In this document: positions 1 through 19,068 of the stretch, one piece after another
Position numbering within the stretch: the stretch's first letter is position 1
How the letters are laid out: the number at the start of each line of letters is the position of its first letter
Source: the human T2T-CHM13v2.0 reference genome, Homo sapiens
DNA: 64,000 bases
Strand: one strand, 5' to 3'
NCBI RefSeq assembly: GCF_009914755.1
Contig: NC_060936.1
Notes under the pieces: model-generated
Told to the model about the DNA's origin: nothing
The model's input: the letters and a program-made list of their open reading frames with translations, nothing else
Databases searched by the model: none
Made by a program: the position numbers and the translations under genes

Positions 1-497
1 TGGGTTCAAGAGATTCTCCTGCCTCAGCCTCCCGAGTAGCTGGGATTATAGGCACCTGCCACCACACCCAGCTAATTTTTTTTTATTTTTATTTTTAGTA
101 GAGACGGGATTTCACCCTGTTGGCCAGGCTGGTCTCGAACTCCTGACCTCCAGTGGTCTGCTCGCCTCGGCCTCCCAAAGTGCTGAGATTACAGACATGA
201 GCCACTGCGCCTGGCCCCAAATATACTGAATACAAAAATAAAAATAAAAAGTGAAGACCAAACTGTTATTACTGTTTTTGGCAACTAAGAAATAGTAATT
301 CTACCATCAGTGAAGGTAGTTGTTTTTAAGATCTGTACTGTGAAGTATAGTGGTTTGAATTTGGTTTTTTTTGTTTTGTTTTGTTTTTGTTTTTTGTTTT
401 TTTTTTTGAGACAGAATCTTGCTCTGTCGCCCAGGCTGGAGTGCAATGGCGTGATCTTGGCTCATTGCAACCTCCACCTTCTGGTTTCAAGCGATTG
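1..497 (-). mobile_element. Alu (edge-truncated, 1-216) and Alu 3' fragment with (GTTTT)n tail (~381-497)
   Basis: Antisense Alu consensus motifs (cctcccaaagtgctg, gagacagaatcttgctctgtcgcccaggctgg). Confidence 0.9.
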
Positions 498-1130
498 AAT
501 TTTTTTTTAAAATGCTGCTTAAGAGACCCGAAATGCATTCTATGCTGTATGGCATATATGCTGCATTAAAAAGTTTAAGCAGAGTTAGTAATTCAGTGCA
601 TATGAATATAGCCACTAGGAATGAAAATAGCCTGTTTTCTTACTGTCCCCTTGTTGTTGACTTCAGTATTTCAGAGCCCTAATTGTGACCTTCCTTTTGT
701 GTATAATAGTCACCAGTTGAGGATGTTGTTTCCTTTGAGCCTGTAGCCTAGACATATCCCCCAAGCTTTAATAAGTTTTGTGGTTTGGCTAGCATCTGCT
801 CCGTTGGATTGTAACCTCGCAAATGGACCCTGACCTTTTGCCAGTAGCTTCAGAGGCATGAGTCTGGGGCCGGCAGTCAGCCACAGCATCAGGAGGCTTC
901 TTCAGTGTCCACATCTGCCCTGCAGACCTTGCCTCTGGAAGCACTTTGCCTGGTGTGTTAACCGCCCTCTGAGGTCATTCCTTTGGGGGCAATCTTTAGT
1001 GAAGTTCTGCCACAAACCTCAAGAGAAGAGAACAAAGGAGTGTTTCACCTTCCCGTTTTGTTTTGATATGCTTCTTCCCTAAAGTGCCACCATCCACCCA
1101 GCTAAGTGTGTGCTTCTCTCCCTGCTTCAG

Positions 1131-1368
1131 AATTCAAATGGGATTTACACTGGCTTCATTAAAGTACAGATGGAACTCTGCAAACCTCCACAGACTTCTC
1201 CAAATTCTGGAAAACTCTCTCCCAGTAGCAATGGCTGTATGAATACACTTCATATCAGCAGCACAAACACTGTCGGGGAAGTGATCGAGGCCCTGCTCAA
1301 AAAGTTTCTCGTGACTGAGAGCCCTGCCAAGTTTGCACTTTATAAGCGTTGTCACAGGGAAGACCAAG
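1131..1368 (+). CDS. RASSF3: RASSF3 coding exon (exon 3 by recalled numbering), N-terminal part of Ras-association domain
   Basis: Acceptor ctccctgcttcag|AAT, donor CAAG|gtacgc; 238 nt; encodes NSNGIYTGFIKVQMELCKPPQ...LHISSTNTVGEVIEALLKKFLVTESPAKFALYKRCHREDQ, typical C-RASSF RA domain. Confidence 0.96.
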
Positions 1369-2133
1369 GTACGCTGCCAGCTTAAAAGGAAAATGGTCTG
1401 TGCTTCTACTTGCATCTGCTGTTCTCATTAGCAGAGGGAAGACTGGTGGGTCTCATCCATGTCAATTGTGTCAGAGCCTGGAGTCCGATGCTGGAAGCCA
1501 TGGTGATCTTAGCATGCACTTAGTGCTTCCTGGCTGTCCATATTTTTGAGTTGGACAGTTGAGGGTCTGAGGAGCTTGGAAGCATCCATATGTGATTGGC
1601 AGTTACGAGTATTTTGTGTTGTTGGTGGGGGGATGGGGCGGGGGCTGTTTTTGGTGGTTGTTAGGAGTGGCTTTGATTTTAGTTTTCTTTAGGACACAAA
1701 AGAGTGCCTCTGTGTTTGAAGTTTTCAATAGCACATTCCACATTTGATGTGCATCAGTACGTGGAGTGGTTTGGTGGACGTGTGCTGAGATCTTGCGACT
1801 GGGGAGGCACATGTGCATCACAGCACATTTCAGCGTACTGATGGAAACGGCCCAGCCCTGGGCTCTCCTGTTTCCTTAGCTTGTCTCACTTGGTGTTACG
1901 CCGGGACATTTTGGTACTCTGTCCCCCAGAGGCTCATCAAATGAGTGAATAACATTTTGATCTAGGGTCTGACTAAAACTTCATATCCACATTCAGGGGA
2001 TAGAAAGAGAACATTAAATATTAAATTACTGCGTGAAACAGAATGAGATATTCCAGGTCAGGCAGTGACCAGAAATTGATAACATTGGTGGACAGTAGTG
2101 ATTCAGTGACTCACTACATGCGATTTGAAATCG

Positions 2134-2136
<3 letters not shown>

Positions 2137-2170
<34 letters not shown>
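2137..2170 (+). repeat. (TG)17 microsatellite
   Basis: Read directly. Confidence 0.98.
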
Positions 2171-2173
<3 letters not shown>

Positions 2174-2714
2174 AATAAACTATTTAAGCTTTCTTTGGTT
2201 TTTCTCGGTAAAGCCTAATGTAGCTATAGAAGAAAATATATTAACCTTGACATGATAGTAATGTTCTTCAGTTACACAGGATGAAACCCAGCTCATTGCT
2301 GAGTATGCATACATCTTTTTAAAAACAAACCATGGGGCTAGACCCTGTGGAATACAAAGATGAACAGGCCAGGGTTCCTACCTTCAGAGGTCACAAGCTT
2401 AGTATTGTGGGGGCTTATATCTATAGGGAAATTGGCACCTGCGATGCAGTGCATCTGGAAGTGCCACAATAATGTAGAGAAGCTCGATGGCATTTTTATC
2501 TGCCAGTTTCTTTGCCTGCTCACCTGGACTTTAGCTGTACAATCTGAAAGTAATCGTGACTTGTTGAAATATTACCCCCATGGCTGGCAAATCCTTTAAC
2601 ATGATTGGCAATGTCACTGTATGTGTGTGTCTAGCATGAGACATATATAGCTGTGCTTGAAGCTACCGGAGCTTATATTCTGATTGCTTGGTTTGTAGCT
2701 GGTAATTCGCTAAT

Positions 2715-4157
<1,443 letters not shown>

Positions 4158-4410
4158 TAATATCTATTAAAATTTATTCTTGAAAATAATTTCCTTCTTA
4201 ATCAAGGCACAGTTTATATTTGAACAGAAACAGAATAGATTTTATTCCACTGTGGGCTACTGGTATTAAATAATAAGATGAGCCGACTGGCGACTTAGAG
4301 GCTGGGGTAACTTGGATGGTTACCTTGATCTGGAGGAGGGGATCACAATGGGGAAGTGGTCTCAGGAATGGCTGAATACTCTGTAACATGCTGCTTGTTT
4401 CTTTACCCAG

Positions 4411-4520
4411 TCTACGCCTGCAAGCTCTCAGACCGGGAACATCCACTCTACCTGCGTTTGGTAGCAGGGCCCAGAACAGACACACTTAGTTTTGTTCTTC
4501 GTGAACATGAAATTGGAGAG
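4411..4520 (+). CDS. RASSF3: RASSF3 coding exon 4, C-terminal RA domain
   Basis: Acceptor ttctttacccag|TC, donor GAG|gtaagt; 110 nt, phase-compatible with previous exon; (V)YACKLSDREHPLYLRLVAGPRTDTLSFVLREHEIGE. Confidence 0.96.
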
Positions 4521-4605
4521 GTAAGTTATTGTTCACTATTGCTTTAAACTATACAGAACAGCTGGCCCTATTTTATTGCAGTAGCCTAGTGACTTGGCTA
4601 TTGAT

Positions 4606-4733
4606 GGGGGATGGGAAGAGAAGAGAGTTGGAGGGCAGGGGGATGGGAAGAGAAGAGAGTTGGAGGGCAGGGGGATGGGAAGAGAAGAGAGTTGGAGGGC
4701 AGGGGGATGGGAAGAGAAGAGAGTTGGAGGGCA
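4606..4733 (+). repeat. Minisatellite, 4 perfect copies of 32-bp GGGGGATGGGAAGAGAAGAGAGTTGGAGGGCA
   Basis: Units start at 4606, 4638, 4670, 4702. Confidence 0.98.
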
Positions 4734-5762
4734 GGGAGAGGGAGAGGGATTTTGAATTGTCAGAAATGAACCCAAAGTTAGCCTATGATGTCATTCTCTC
4801 ACAACCTTATATTATTAGTCTGTCATTTTCAGAGGTGGGAGAAAATAAAGTTTTTTTACTTGATCTCCATCCAGAGAGTCATTTTCACCCCTTCCCACCT
4901 CCAAAATACTCCAGTCCAGCTGAACTTTGAAAGTTGACACTCACCATGTGTTTGCTACTAACAAAAGTCTCCAGGCTAATTCCCTTCTAAAGGGATATAA
5001 AAGGAAATTCGATCTCTTTACCATGGAAGGCATTTAGCTTTCTAGCATCTTTTTTTTCCCCCTTGCCCAGTCAACTGATTAAGAAATTATGTTTCCATGT
5101 GCATCATTTGCCATGTTGTCTCCAGGGAGGATTGTATTTAGCCAGTTCAGTAGAAGAAAAAAAGCACTTGAGCCTGCCCTCTAGATCAAGTGTCAGCTTT
5201 AAATGACACTTGAGCAAATCCCAAGCTCCTGTCCCAGTCTTCTGTCTGGAACAGGAAATGGTGTGAAATGTCCTACATGGTGCAATTGAGAATAGGGTTT
5301 CTAGGTTAAAAGTTAGGAAACGGCTCTGTTTCCTACTGTTTGTTAGATTAGTAGCATGACCTTGGATAAGTCTTCTAATCTTTTAGCCCTCAGTTTTAAA
5401 ATCTGTTAAGTGGGACTAAACACTTTACAAGGTGGGCTTTGAGTCACAATTAGAAATGTATACATGTAAGTGAAGGGAGTTTTAGGAAGACAGTGGTTTT
5501 ACATGTTTTTGAAGTTTCTTTTGATTCTGGTGTTTTGAAGCTTTTCAAGACATTCAGACTCATTTTGGGGAGAAGGCAGGGTGCAGAAATCTGACTTGGC
5601 TTTGCAGATGGTGACCATTCCCTCTGCCAGCTTAAGCCAGACACATTAGCATAGTCTACTCAGTGTTTTATTTTTCTTGTACTTAGTGTTTTAAGTAGCA
5701 ACTAGAACTACATTGGGCAAGAATTTTATTAACTTGGTTATTTTATTGTATTTTAATTATAA

Positions 5763-6736
<974 letters not shown>

Positions 6737-6749
6737 TAAAAACTTATTT

Positions 6750-7600
6750 TGTGCCTGCTAAATAAGTACTAGGAGCTGTTAGGGAAACAAGGCTCAGAGC
6801 CTCAAGGCAAGAGATAAACTCCAAATAGCGAGAAGTACGGCAGCTGTGGTGTAGGTAAGGTGCAGGTGAGATAGATATTAAGCAAATAATTGTAATTTAA
6901 AAATCTTGGTTGTGATCAGGGGCTCTGTGAAGGCTTTTGATACACTTAGCCTTGGGTGGGAAGAGAGGAGAGGAAGTTGTGGAAAGCTGCTTAGAGAAAG
7001 TGGCATTTAAGCTGAGATGGGGAGGATGAGTAGTTCATAGCCAGGCAAAGTGGAGGAGGGGAGAATGCATGCCACTTGGGCAGAGAGTGAAGCTCGGTGA
7101 GAGAGAGATGGGGCCGGAGAGTTTAGAGTCTTTCAGACAGCATCAGCAACTAAGGGAAGCCATTGGATGGTTCTAAGCAGGGGAGAGTCTTGGCCAGATG
7201 AGCATTTTACAAAGGATGTTCTGTTTGGGGAACAGATGGGGGAGCATAAGAGCCGAGTGAGGAGGCCAGGTAGGAAGCTGTTCCAGCGATGCAGGAATAG
7301 ATGATAGTAGCTAGCACCAAGGGGCCGTACCGAGGGAGAAAAGGCTGAATGGAGAACTGTTTGGGGGTGATAAGACTGATTATGCGAGGTAAGAAAGTCA
7401 GTTACAATGAGGACTCGAGGTTAAGATGAAAGGACTGTCGAATTGTTTTTAATGCTGTTGGGGGTCAAATCAGGTAAGGAATGAAAGTGTCCAATAGACT
7501 TAGGGATATGGAGGTCTCTGGCTTTTAGGGAGATCGTCTTGAACAGTGGGAGGAGAGGGTAGGAAGGTGATTGGTGTGAGCTGAGGTGGGAGTGGGAGTG
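6750..7600. mobile_element. Degenerate L2-like LINE
   Basis: Purine-rich L2-type motifs (gaaagtggcatttaagctgagatg; ggaagccattggatggttctaagcagggg). Confidence 0.6.
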
Positions 7601-7766
7601 GAGGGAGCCCTTAGGCTGGCAACACCCCAGCTCTTGCAGACCACACCTTCTGCGGCATGGGGCTGGGAGGGGAGGGCAGCCGCACCTCTGGGAGCTCCTG
7701 GTCAGCATTCCTAAGTCTAACTGAGTATTAAACATCTGGCATTTTTCTTTCTGTGTTTCCTGACAG

Positions 7767-7916
7767 TGGGAAGCCTTCAGCCTTCCAGAACTACAGAATT
7801 TCTTGCGCATCTTGGACAAGGAAGAAGATGAACAGCTGCAGAACCTGAAGAGGCGCTACACAGCCTACAGGCAGAAGCTGGAAGAAGCCCTCCGTGAGGT
7901 GTGGAAGCCTGATTAA
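7767..7916 (+). CDS. RASSF3: RASSF3 last coding exon, SARAH domain and stop
   Basis: Acceptor tttcctgacag|TGG; WEAFSLPELQNFLRILDKEEDEQLQNLKRRYTAYRQKLEEALREVWKPD*, TAA at 7914-7916; WEAFSxPELQNFLRIL is the SARAH signature. Confidence 0.97.
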   Translation, partial: WEAFSLPELQNFLRILDKEEDEQLQNLKRRYTAYRQKLEEALREVWKPD

Positions 7917-9001
7917 AGCGGGGCTCCCTGCCCGTGAGGCCCGGTGCAGGACCGATGTACAAAACAGCAGCAAGTGCCTCTCTTCTCAGAGGGCTGCTGT
8001 CTTGCCCCACTATGCTAGGGTCTTCGCCTTTCTATCTGTAGATTTTGTTCCCCAAACCTGGTCACACAGCATCCTGCACCTTAGCGTCCCATGTAAGGGA
8101 CTCTGCAAGCTTGTTGTTCAGCACCGCAGTGTTACCTCTTGGCAAGCTGTGAACCTGTCGCCTCATCAGGAGCATTCGAGGGTGCTTGGAAGCATGAACT
8201 CTGGGGGTGTTTTTTTTTTTGGTTATTTTAATTATGTGATGATGCTGTTAAGCTTACAGATATGCAGTTGATTTTTTAAAAAGCTTAACTAGGAATCTTT
8301 CTGAATACTTGTCCTATTTTGAAACTACCTGTCTGGTTTTTTGTTTGGTTTTGTTTTCTTTTTTTAATGTCAGAGGAATCTATCCATGTGAATCGAAAGG
8401 CACAGGAATCTAGGAACTCTGAGGAATTTATTGTGAAGGATTTTGTTAGGGGGTTGACAGAGAAAGCAAAGTGTAAGTTTGGAAGAAGGCATGTGCGGTG
8501 GTGGCGAGCGCTGCGGGCTATGGAAGGTGACTTGGCTTTTCAGTTAGGGGTAGTGGAGAAAGGGGTAGTTGCTTGTAAACGAGTTAAAAGCATTCAGTGT
8601 GGAGGTGTTAAACCCATTTTAGGATCGCTTGGTTTCCTGGTGGGTAGAATATGGGAACAGAGCCAGAGGCAGGAGCTAAACCAAAAGGAGGGACCCATGA
8701 ACTCTGCAGCTGACCAATCAGAGAATCAGGCAGGTGTAGCCTACTGACCTGGGCAGAGGTGGGCCTCACGCAGCTGGATCCGACCCTTTAATTCTGCCCT
8801 TTTGGAGTGGAAGGTCTGATTGGTGTAGCTGCTCTGCATAGGCAGGACAGTGACAGTTCACTAACTCTTGTTAAGTTACATAGTGTATAGCTTTCCCCCC
8901 ACAGGTGGTTTTCAAAGTTGAGACGGAATTTGGGTAGGGGCAGCTGTTTTTCCCTTGATTGTTAGCTAGGATATTTGTCAAGTAAACTTTGGTGACAATC
9001 A

Positions 9002-9193
9002 CTCTCTTCCCTTTTATTCCTCCTTTCCTTTTCCTTTCTTCCCTTTTTTCTTTCCTTCCCTGCTGTCTCCCACCCTACCTTGTTCTTTTCCTCCCTCCCT
9101 CCCTCCCTCCCTCCCTCCCTCCCTCACTCACTCCCTCCCTCCCTCCCTCCCTCACTCCTTCCCTCCCTCTCTCTCCCTCTCCCTTTCTTTTCT
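9002..9193 (+). repeat. Polypyrimidine tract with (CCCT)n core in RASSF3 3'UTR
   Basis: Nearly pure C/T; (CCCT)8 at 9093-9124. Confidence 0.95.
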
Positions 9194-10580
9194 ACATTGA
9201 AATCTGTTCTTACATAATAGAGAACAGGGCTATTGAATAAAGACCCAATCCTACCAGATCTTTAGTTCTAAAGGGCAACTTGACTGTGAGTAGGAGGGCC
9301 CCCAAGAAAGGGAGGAAAGTCCACACCCAGCTAACCACACAACAGGGCTTCATTATGGAAATATTTTAACAAAAGTACATGTTATTACCAACCAAAGAGA
9401 TGCATGTGCAATAGAAGCCTTCCTTAAAAACAGGCTAAATAACCTCATTTTATGCAGCAGTTTAATCTGAGAACAGAGGGAAAGGTGTGCAGTGGTTCCA
9501 GAGGGGCCTTATATTCTATTTTTAGTCTAGATATTTTTTGTTTATAAATTCCCAAGGAATTGTTAACACTTTGGTGACACCTAATGGATTCTTTTTGAAA
9601 TTCCAAGGTGCTTCAGTTCTTTGCCCAAGTGAACTGTGCCTTTTATTGCATTTCTGTTCGTCTCTTGGTGGCTCTTCTGACTTTTTGGAGAATACCCATC
9701 TTGTTGGAGGCAGACTTAAGTTGTTATGCTGTGCCACACAATTTACTGAGACAATCATATCTTCCTAAGCATTTAAGGAAAGTTGAAAAAAATAGAATTA
9801 GCTATAAAATATGTATGGCACATCTTGTTTAATTTTGCATGTAACTTCTCTTTTGTACATTGATGAGGTTTTAGTGACATTGTCATCCAACACTTTACCT
9901 TTATTGTTCAGGGAATGCCTTCGTGATTTTTTGTACTGGTTTTATTATTCAGACTATGGCCTGGATTTGAGTATATTGTTATTACCACCTGGTTTTTTAA
10001 TTATTCATCCCAGTAAACTTATATTTTGTGAAGCATTTGTTTCTCAGATTAAGACACTGTTAGAACCTAAAGTAGTAGCTGATGGGTATCTGTGAATTTT
10101 TTTTTTTTTTTTTTTTTTACTTGAAGTAGATTGTCTGAATAGGCATCCTCATCTATATTTACCCAAAACCTCGCTTACTGTCATGTGCACTACAAATTGC
10201 AATTTGGAAACCTACTGTATTGAAATTCTGTCAGTTTATGGTTCTTGAAGACTGATGTCCTTTCCCAAACACTGGTTACTGCAGCAGCATTTTTAATGTG
10301 TAAGTGAAGAAAAAAGGCCACTAAGGCCAAAGATTTTTTAAGAATCATTGTACAAATCATTATGTTAAACTATCTAAGCTTTGCTGTAATACTGTTTTCT
10401 CTTCAATATGTGATGGTACAGGAAGGATGTTAAATGAAGGGGTGGTATTGCAGGAGAGCATTTTAAATGGCAGAAGTAAAAAGTTATAATATTTATAATT
10501 TTGATGGGTTTAAGTTTATTTTTGTAGGGAAGATTTTTCTCCCCTAAAATAGTTTCTAGAATGGCAAAATTGTTTCCATT

Positions 10581-10586
10581 ATTAAA
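10581..10586 (+). terminator. RASSF3: Probable RASSF3 poly(A) signal ATTAAA
   Basis: ATTAAA followed ~15-35 nt later by gttgtttatgtgtgtttatt (GU/U-rich downstream element). Confidence 0.7.
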
Positions 10587-11239
10587 AATTGAAGTTATTA
10601 GTTGTTTATGTGTGTTTATTTATGATAATATGCTAGATTTAAAAAGGTCACAGGAGTGCGCTGAGCTGCTTTTGCACATATACACAGGGACACATGCTGG
10701 AATGCAACAACTTTACTAGGTTCGCGTGGGTCATATTTGTTCTCCCAGATATCATTTTCTCTTTGCCTTATCCTCTGAGGAAAAATAACCCTAAGCTCAC
10801 ACAGCATATTCCAATGTATTTAAAACAATTGTTTTAATTTTTGAAATATACACATTTAAAAGTATATAAAGCATGCAAAAGAGGAGGGAGGCCGAGAGTG
10901 AAAAAATAAAAATAAAAAAGCATGCGAACAGTTTAAAGGATTATTATATAAAATGGACACCCCCTGACCATTACTAAAATAGAACCTTGTCAGTTCTTTA
11001 GAAATCTCTCCCTCCACCCCTGTTCTTGCCCTGAGGTCTCCTACCCCTGAAACATACCACTTCAACATAAAGTGAGTATTTGTATTTTTTTGGTCACCAT
11101 GACTGCCTTACACAGATGGGATGGATAGTGTCTGGGGAACCACAGGGACGATGGAGTGCCACCCTCTGCGCACCTGCACCTCGGCTTTGTGCCATGGTTT
11201 CAGCTTCCATGCCTGCTGTTGGGAGTGTTTTTACTACTA

Positions 11240-11258
11240 CACTGCCCCCTGGAGGGGC
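11240..11258 (-). promoter_or_regulatory. CTCF-like motif
   Basis: Minus strand GCCCCTCCAGGGGGCAGTG versus consensus CCASYAGRKGGCRS. Confidence 0.6.
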
Positions 11259-11361
11259 TGATGAAAGGAGCAAGGCTGGCACCAGGTGGTAGAGGCCTTT
11301 CACGTACCATAGCTGCTCCCTAAATAAAAATACTGTGATAGAAAATTATGGCTCTGTATAA

Positions 11362-12833
<1,472 letters not shown>

Positions 12834-12859
12834 AGGGTGGTGGTGAAGGTCTACACTAT

Positions 12860-13060
12860 AGTAGCCAATGCCAACAAAGTGCTTACCATGTGCTAGGCAT
12901 TCTTCTGAAATGCTTAATATGTATCAACTCATTGACTCTCCTGTGACGTTATCACACTATTTCGTCATATCCCTTTTTTCACAAATGTGGAAATGGACAT
13001 GTTGAGGTTTAGCAGCTTGCTCAAGGCCACTGTGTGAGTGAGTGGCAGAGCCGGACACTG
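12860..13060. mobile_element. MIR-like SINE
   Basis: gtgcttaccatgtgctaggcattctt...cttgctcaaggccac...gagtggcagagcc. Confidence 0.65.
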
Positions 13061-13291
13061 CCCCGTTTCTCTACCATCTTTTCCTGTAAGTGCTCTCTAG
13101 TTTCTCAGTTAAATTGCCTATTGAGTAAAGGAGCAAAAGTCTGTTAAATTGCCGTAATGGACAGTTTGCCCAGAAGCGTAACTGTTTTGGTGCCATTGGG
13201 GTTTGTTGATATCAGTGTGTTCTCATCCATTTTGGTTCATTTATCATTTCATTCAGGTGATTATACTAAGTCACATAGAATGAAATGCTGA

Positions 13292-15800
<2,509 letters not shown>

Positions 15801-16187
15801 TGATTTTTTAAAGGCAGATTTTTCTGTTCATTGACTCTGAAGCTACTTAATCTGAATCTCTGGTACTGGCCCCTGAGAATCTGCCATTTTAATAAGTGCC
15901 CCCTATTTTTTCAAATGCTGACTGCAAATCCTAGAGCTCTACAGAGGGTTTCTGGGGCTGAAGGGATACATCATTGTGCACAGAGTATTTCCCTCATACC
16001 CCTTGTTTTGAAATTTTAAATAAATTACTTCCAAATTGAGAGTAATGACTAGCCTGCAAAGAGGCTTTCTGACCTGCCTCACTTAGCCCTGGAAAGGACA
16101 ATTCTATATACCCTGTTCCCCTGGACCATGGCTAATTGGATCTTAGACCTCTGTTGAAAGGCCATTGATCAACTAGATTTTCTCAAA

Positions 16188-16662
<475 letters not shown>

Positions 16663-16696
16663 TTACTCTTGTTACTCTTATTCTGTTCTCTCTCTC

Positions 16697-16796
16697 TACA
16701 TATATATATATATGTATGTATACATACATATATATATGTATGTATACATACATATATATATGTATGTATACATACATATATATATGTATGTATATA
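16697..16796. repeat. Palindromic 24-bp-period (TA/TG/CA) tandem repeat
   Basis: TATGTATGTATACATACATA recurs at 16711, 16735, 16759. Confidence 0.95.
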
Positions 16797-17077
16797 GTGA
16801 CCTCTATTATCTATTGGCTAGCTTCAAAGAAGCTTGCCAAATGACAAGTGCTGATATTGCTGCTGCAACCAACTTCATAGGTCTTTCAGGAATTTACTGT
16901 TTACAAGTGTCTGCAGTATGAAGCTTTAATGCATATGATCTATAATATTCTAACCTAACATTTAAGCTTCCACATTATTGGAAACACAGTCGGGTCTACA
17001 TGTGGTCTCTTCTTTCCCTCTTTCCCTCCCTCCTTTCTATCTTATTTAATGTCCTTGTATCCTGTGATATCTGTACT

Positions 17078-17676
<599 letters not shown>

Positions 17677-18040
17677 TGTTTTTATTTTTTATTTTTCAAG
17701 TCCGCACTGCCTGGTCCCATGACCCACCCCCTAGAACTGGGTAGATTATGATGAGTGAGAACATCATGAACTCTGTTATGAAAATCAGAGTCCATGTGTA
17801 GTGTAAACTGTTAAGTGTCATAGAGATAAAATTCAGTGTACTATGAGTGTATAACAGGAGGACAGAGAAGGCGTCCTTGAGAAAGTGATTTAGAGCTGAG
17901 ATCTTGAGGAGGAGGAGGAGGGGTTACCTAGAAGAATAACTTACATGAACATGTTCTGCATGGTGGGGACTGGTGTCTGAGGTCTTTCTTTTTGACAGTG
18001 TGTTTTATCGGGATTACTCTTGCCGGTTCGCCGCCTCCCC

Positions 18041-18076
18041 ATGGCAAAAACCTCAATTACTTTTGTACCAACCTAT
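18041..18076. mobile_element. Half MADE1 (Hsmar1 mariner MITE) TIR
   Basis: atggcaaaaacctcaattacttttgtaccaacct resembles the MADE1 TIR aatggcaaaaaccgcaattacttttgcaccaacct. Confidence 0.8.
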
Positions 18077-18168
18077 AATATTATAAGCAAAGAACTTTAG
18101 GCCTAAATAATTCTCCTCATGTTAAGAGTTCATCTTTGGCAAGGGTGGAGTTAAAATTAACAATGGCA

Positions 18169-19068
<900 letters not shown>

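Larger units (their letters stand above)
7917..10605 (+). other. RASSF3: RASSF3 3'UTR (end approximate)
   Basis: Alu-free AU-rich sequence after the stop, ending at ATTAAA followed by a GU-rich tract. Confidence 0.75.

Noticed and set aside
4606-4733. Repeat arrays (here, 31165-31344 and 61615-61683) as CRISPR-like
   Set aside because: Head-to-tail with no unique spacers, no cas genes, eukaryotic intron context
4529-4930. 133-aa ORF with repeated GDGKRRELEGR
   Set aside because: Translation of the 32-bp minisatellite within a RASSF3 intron
7894-8747. 125-aa and 142-aa ORFs at the start of the RASSF3 3'UTR
   Set aside because: GTG/TTG starts, no recognisable homology, located after or overlapping a clean TAA stop
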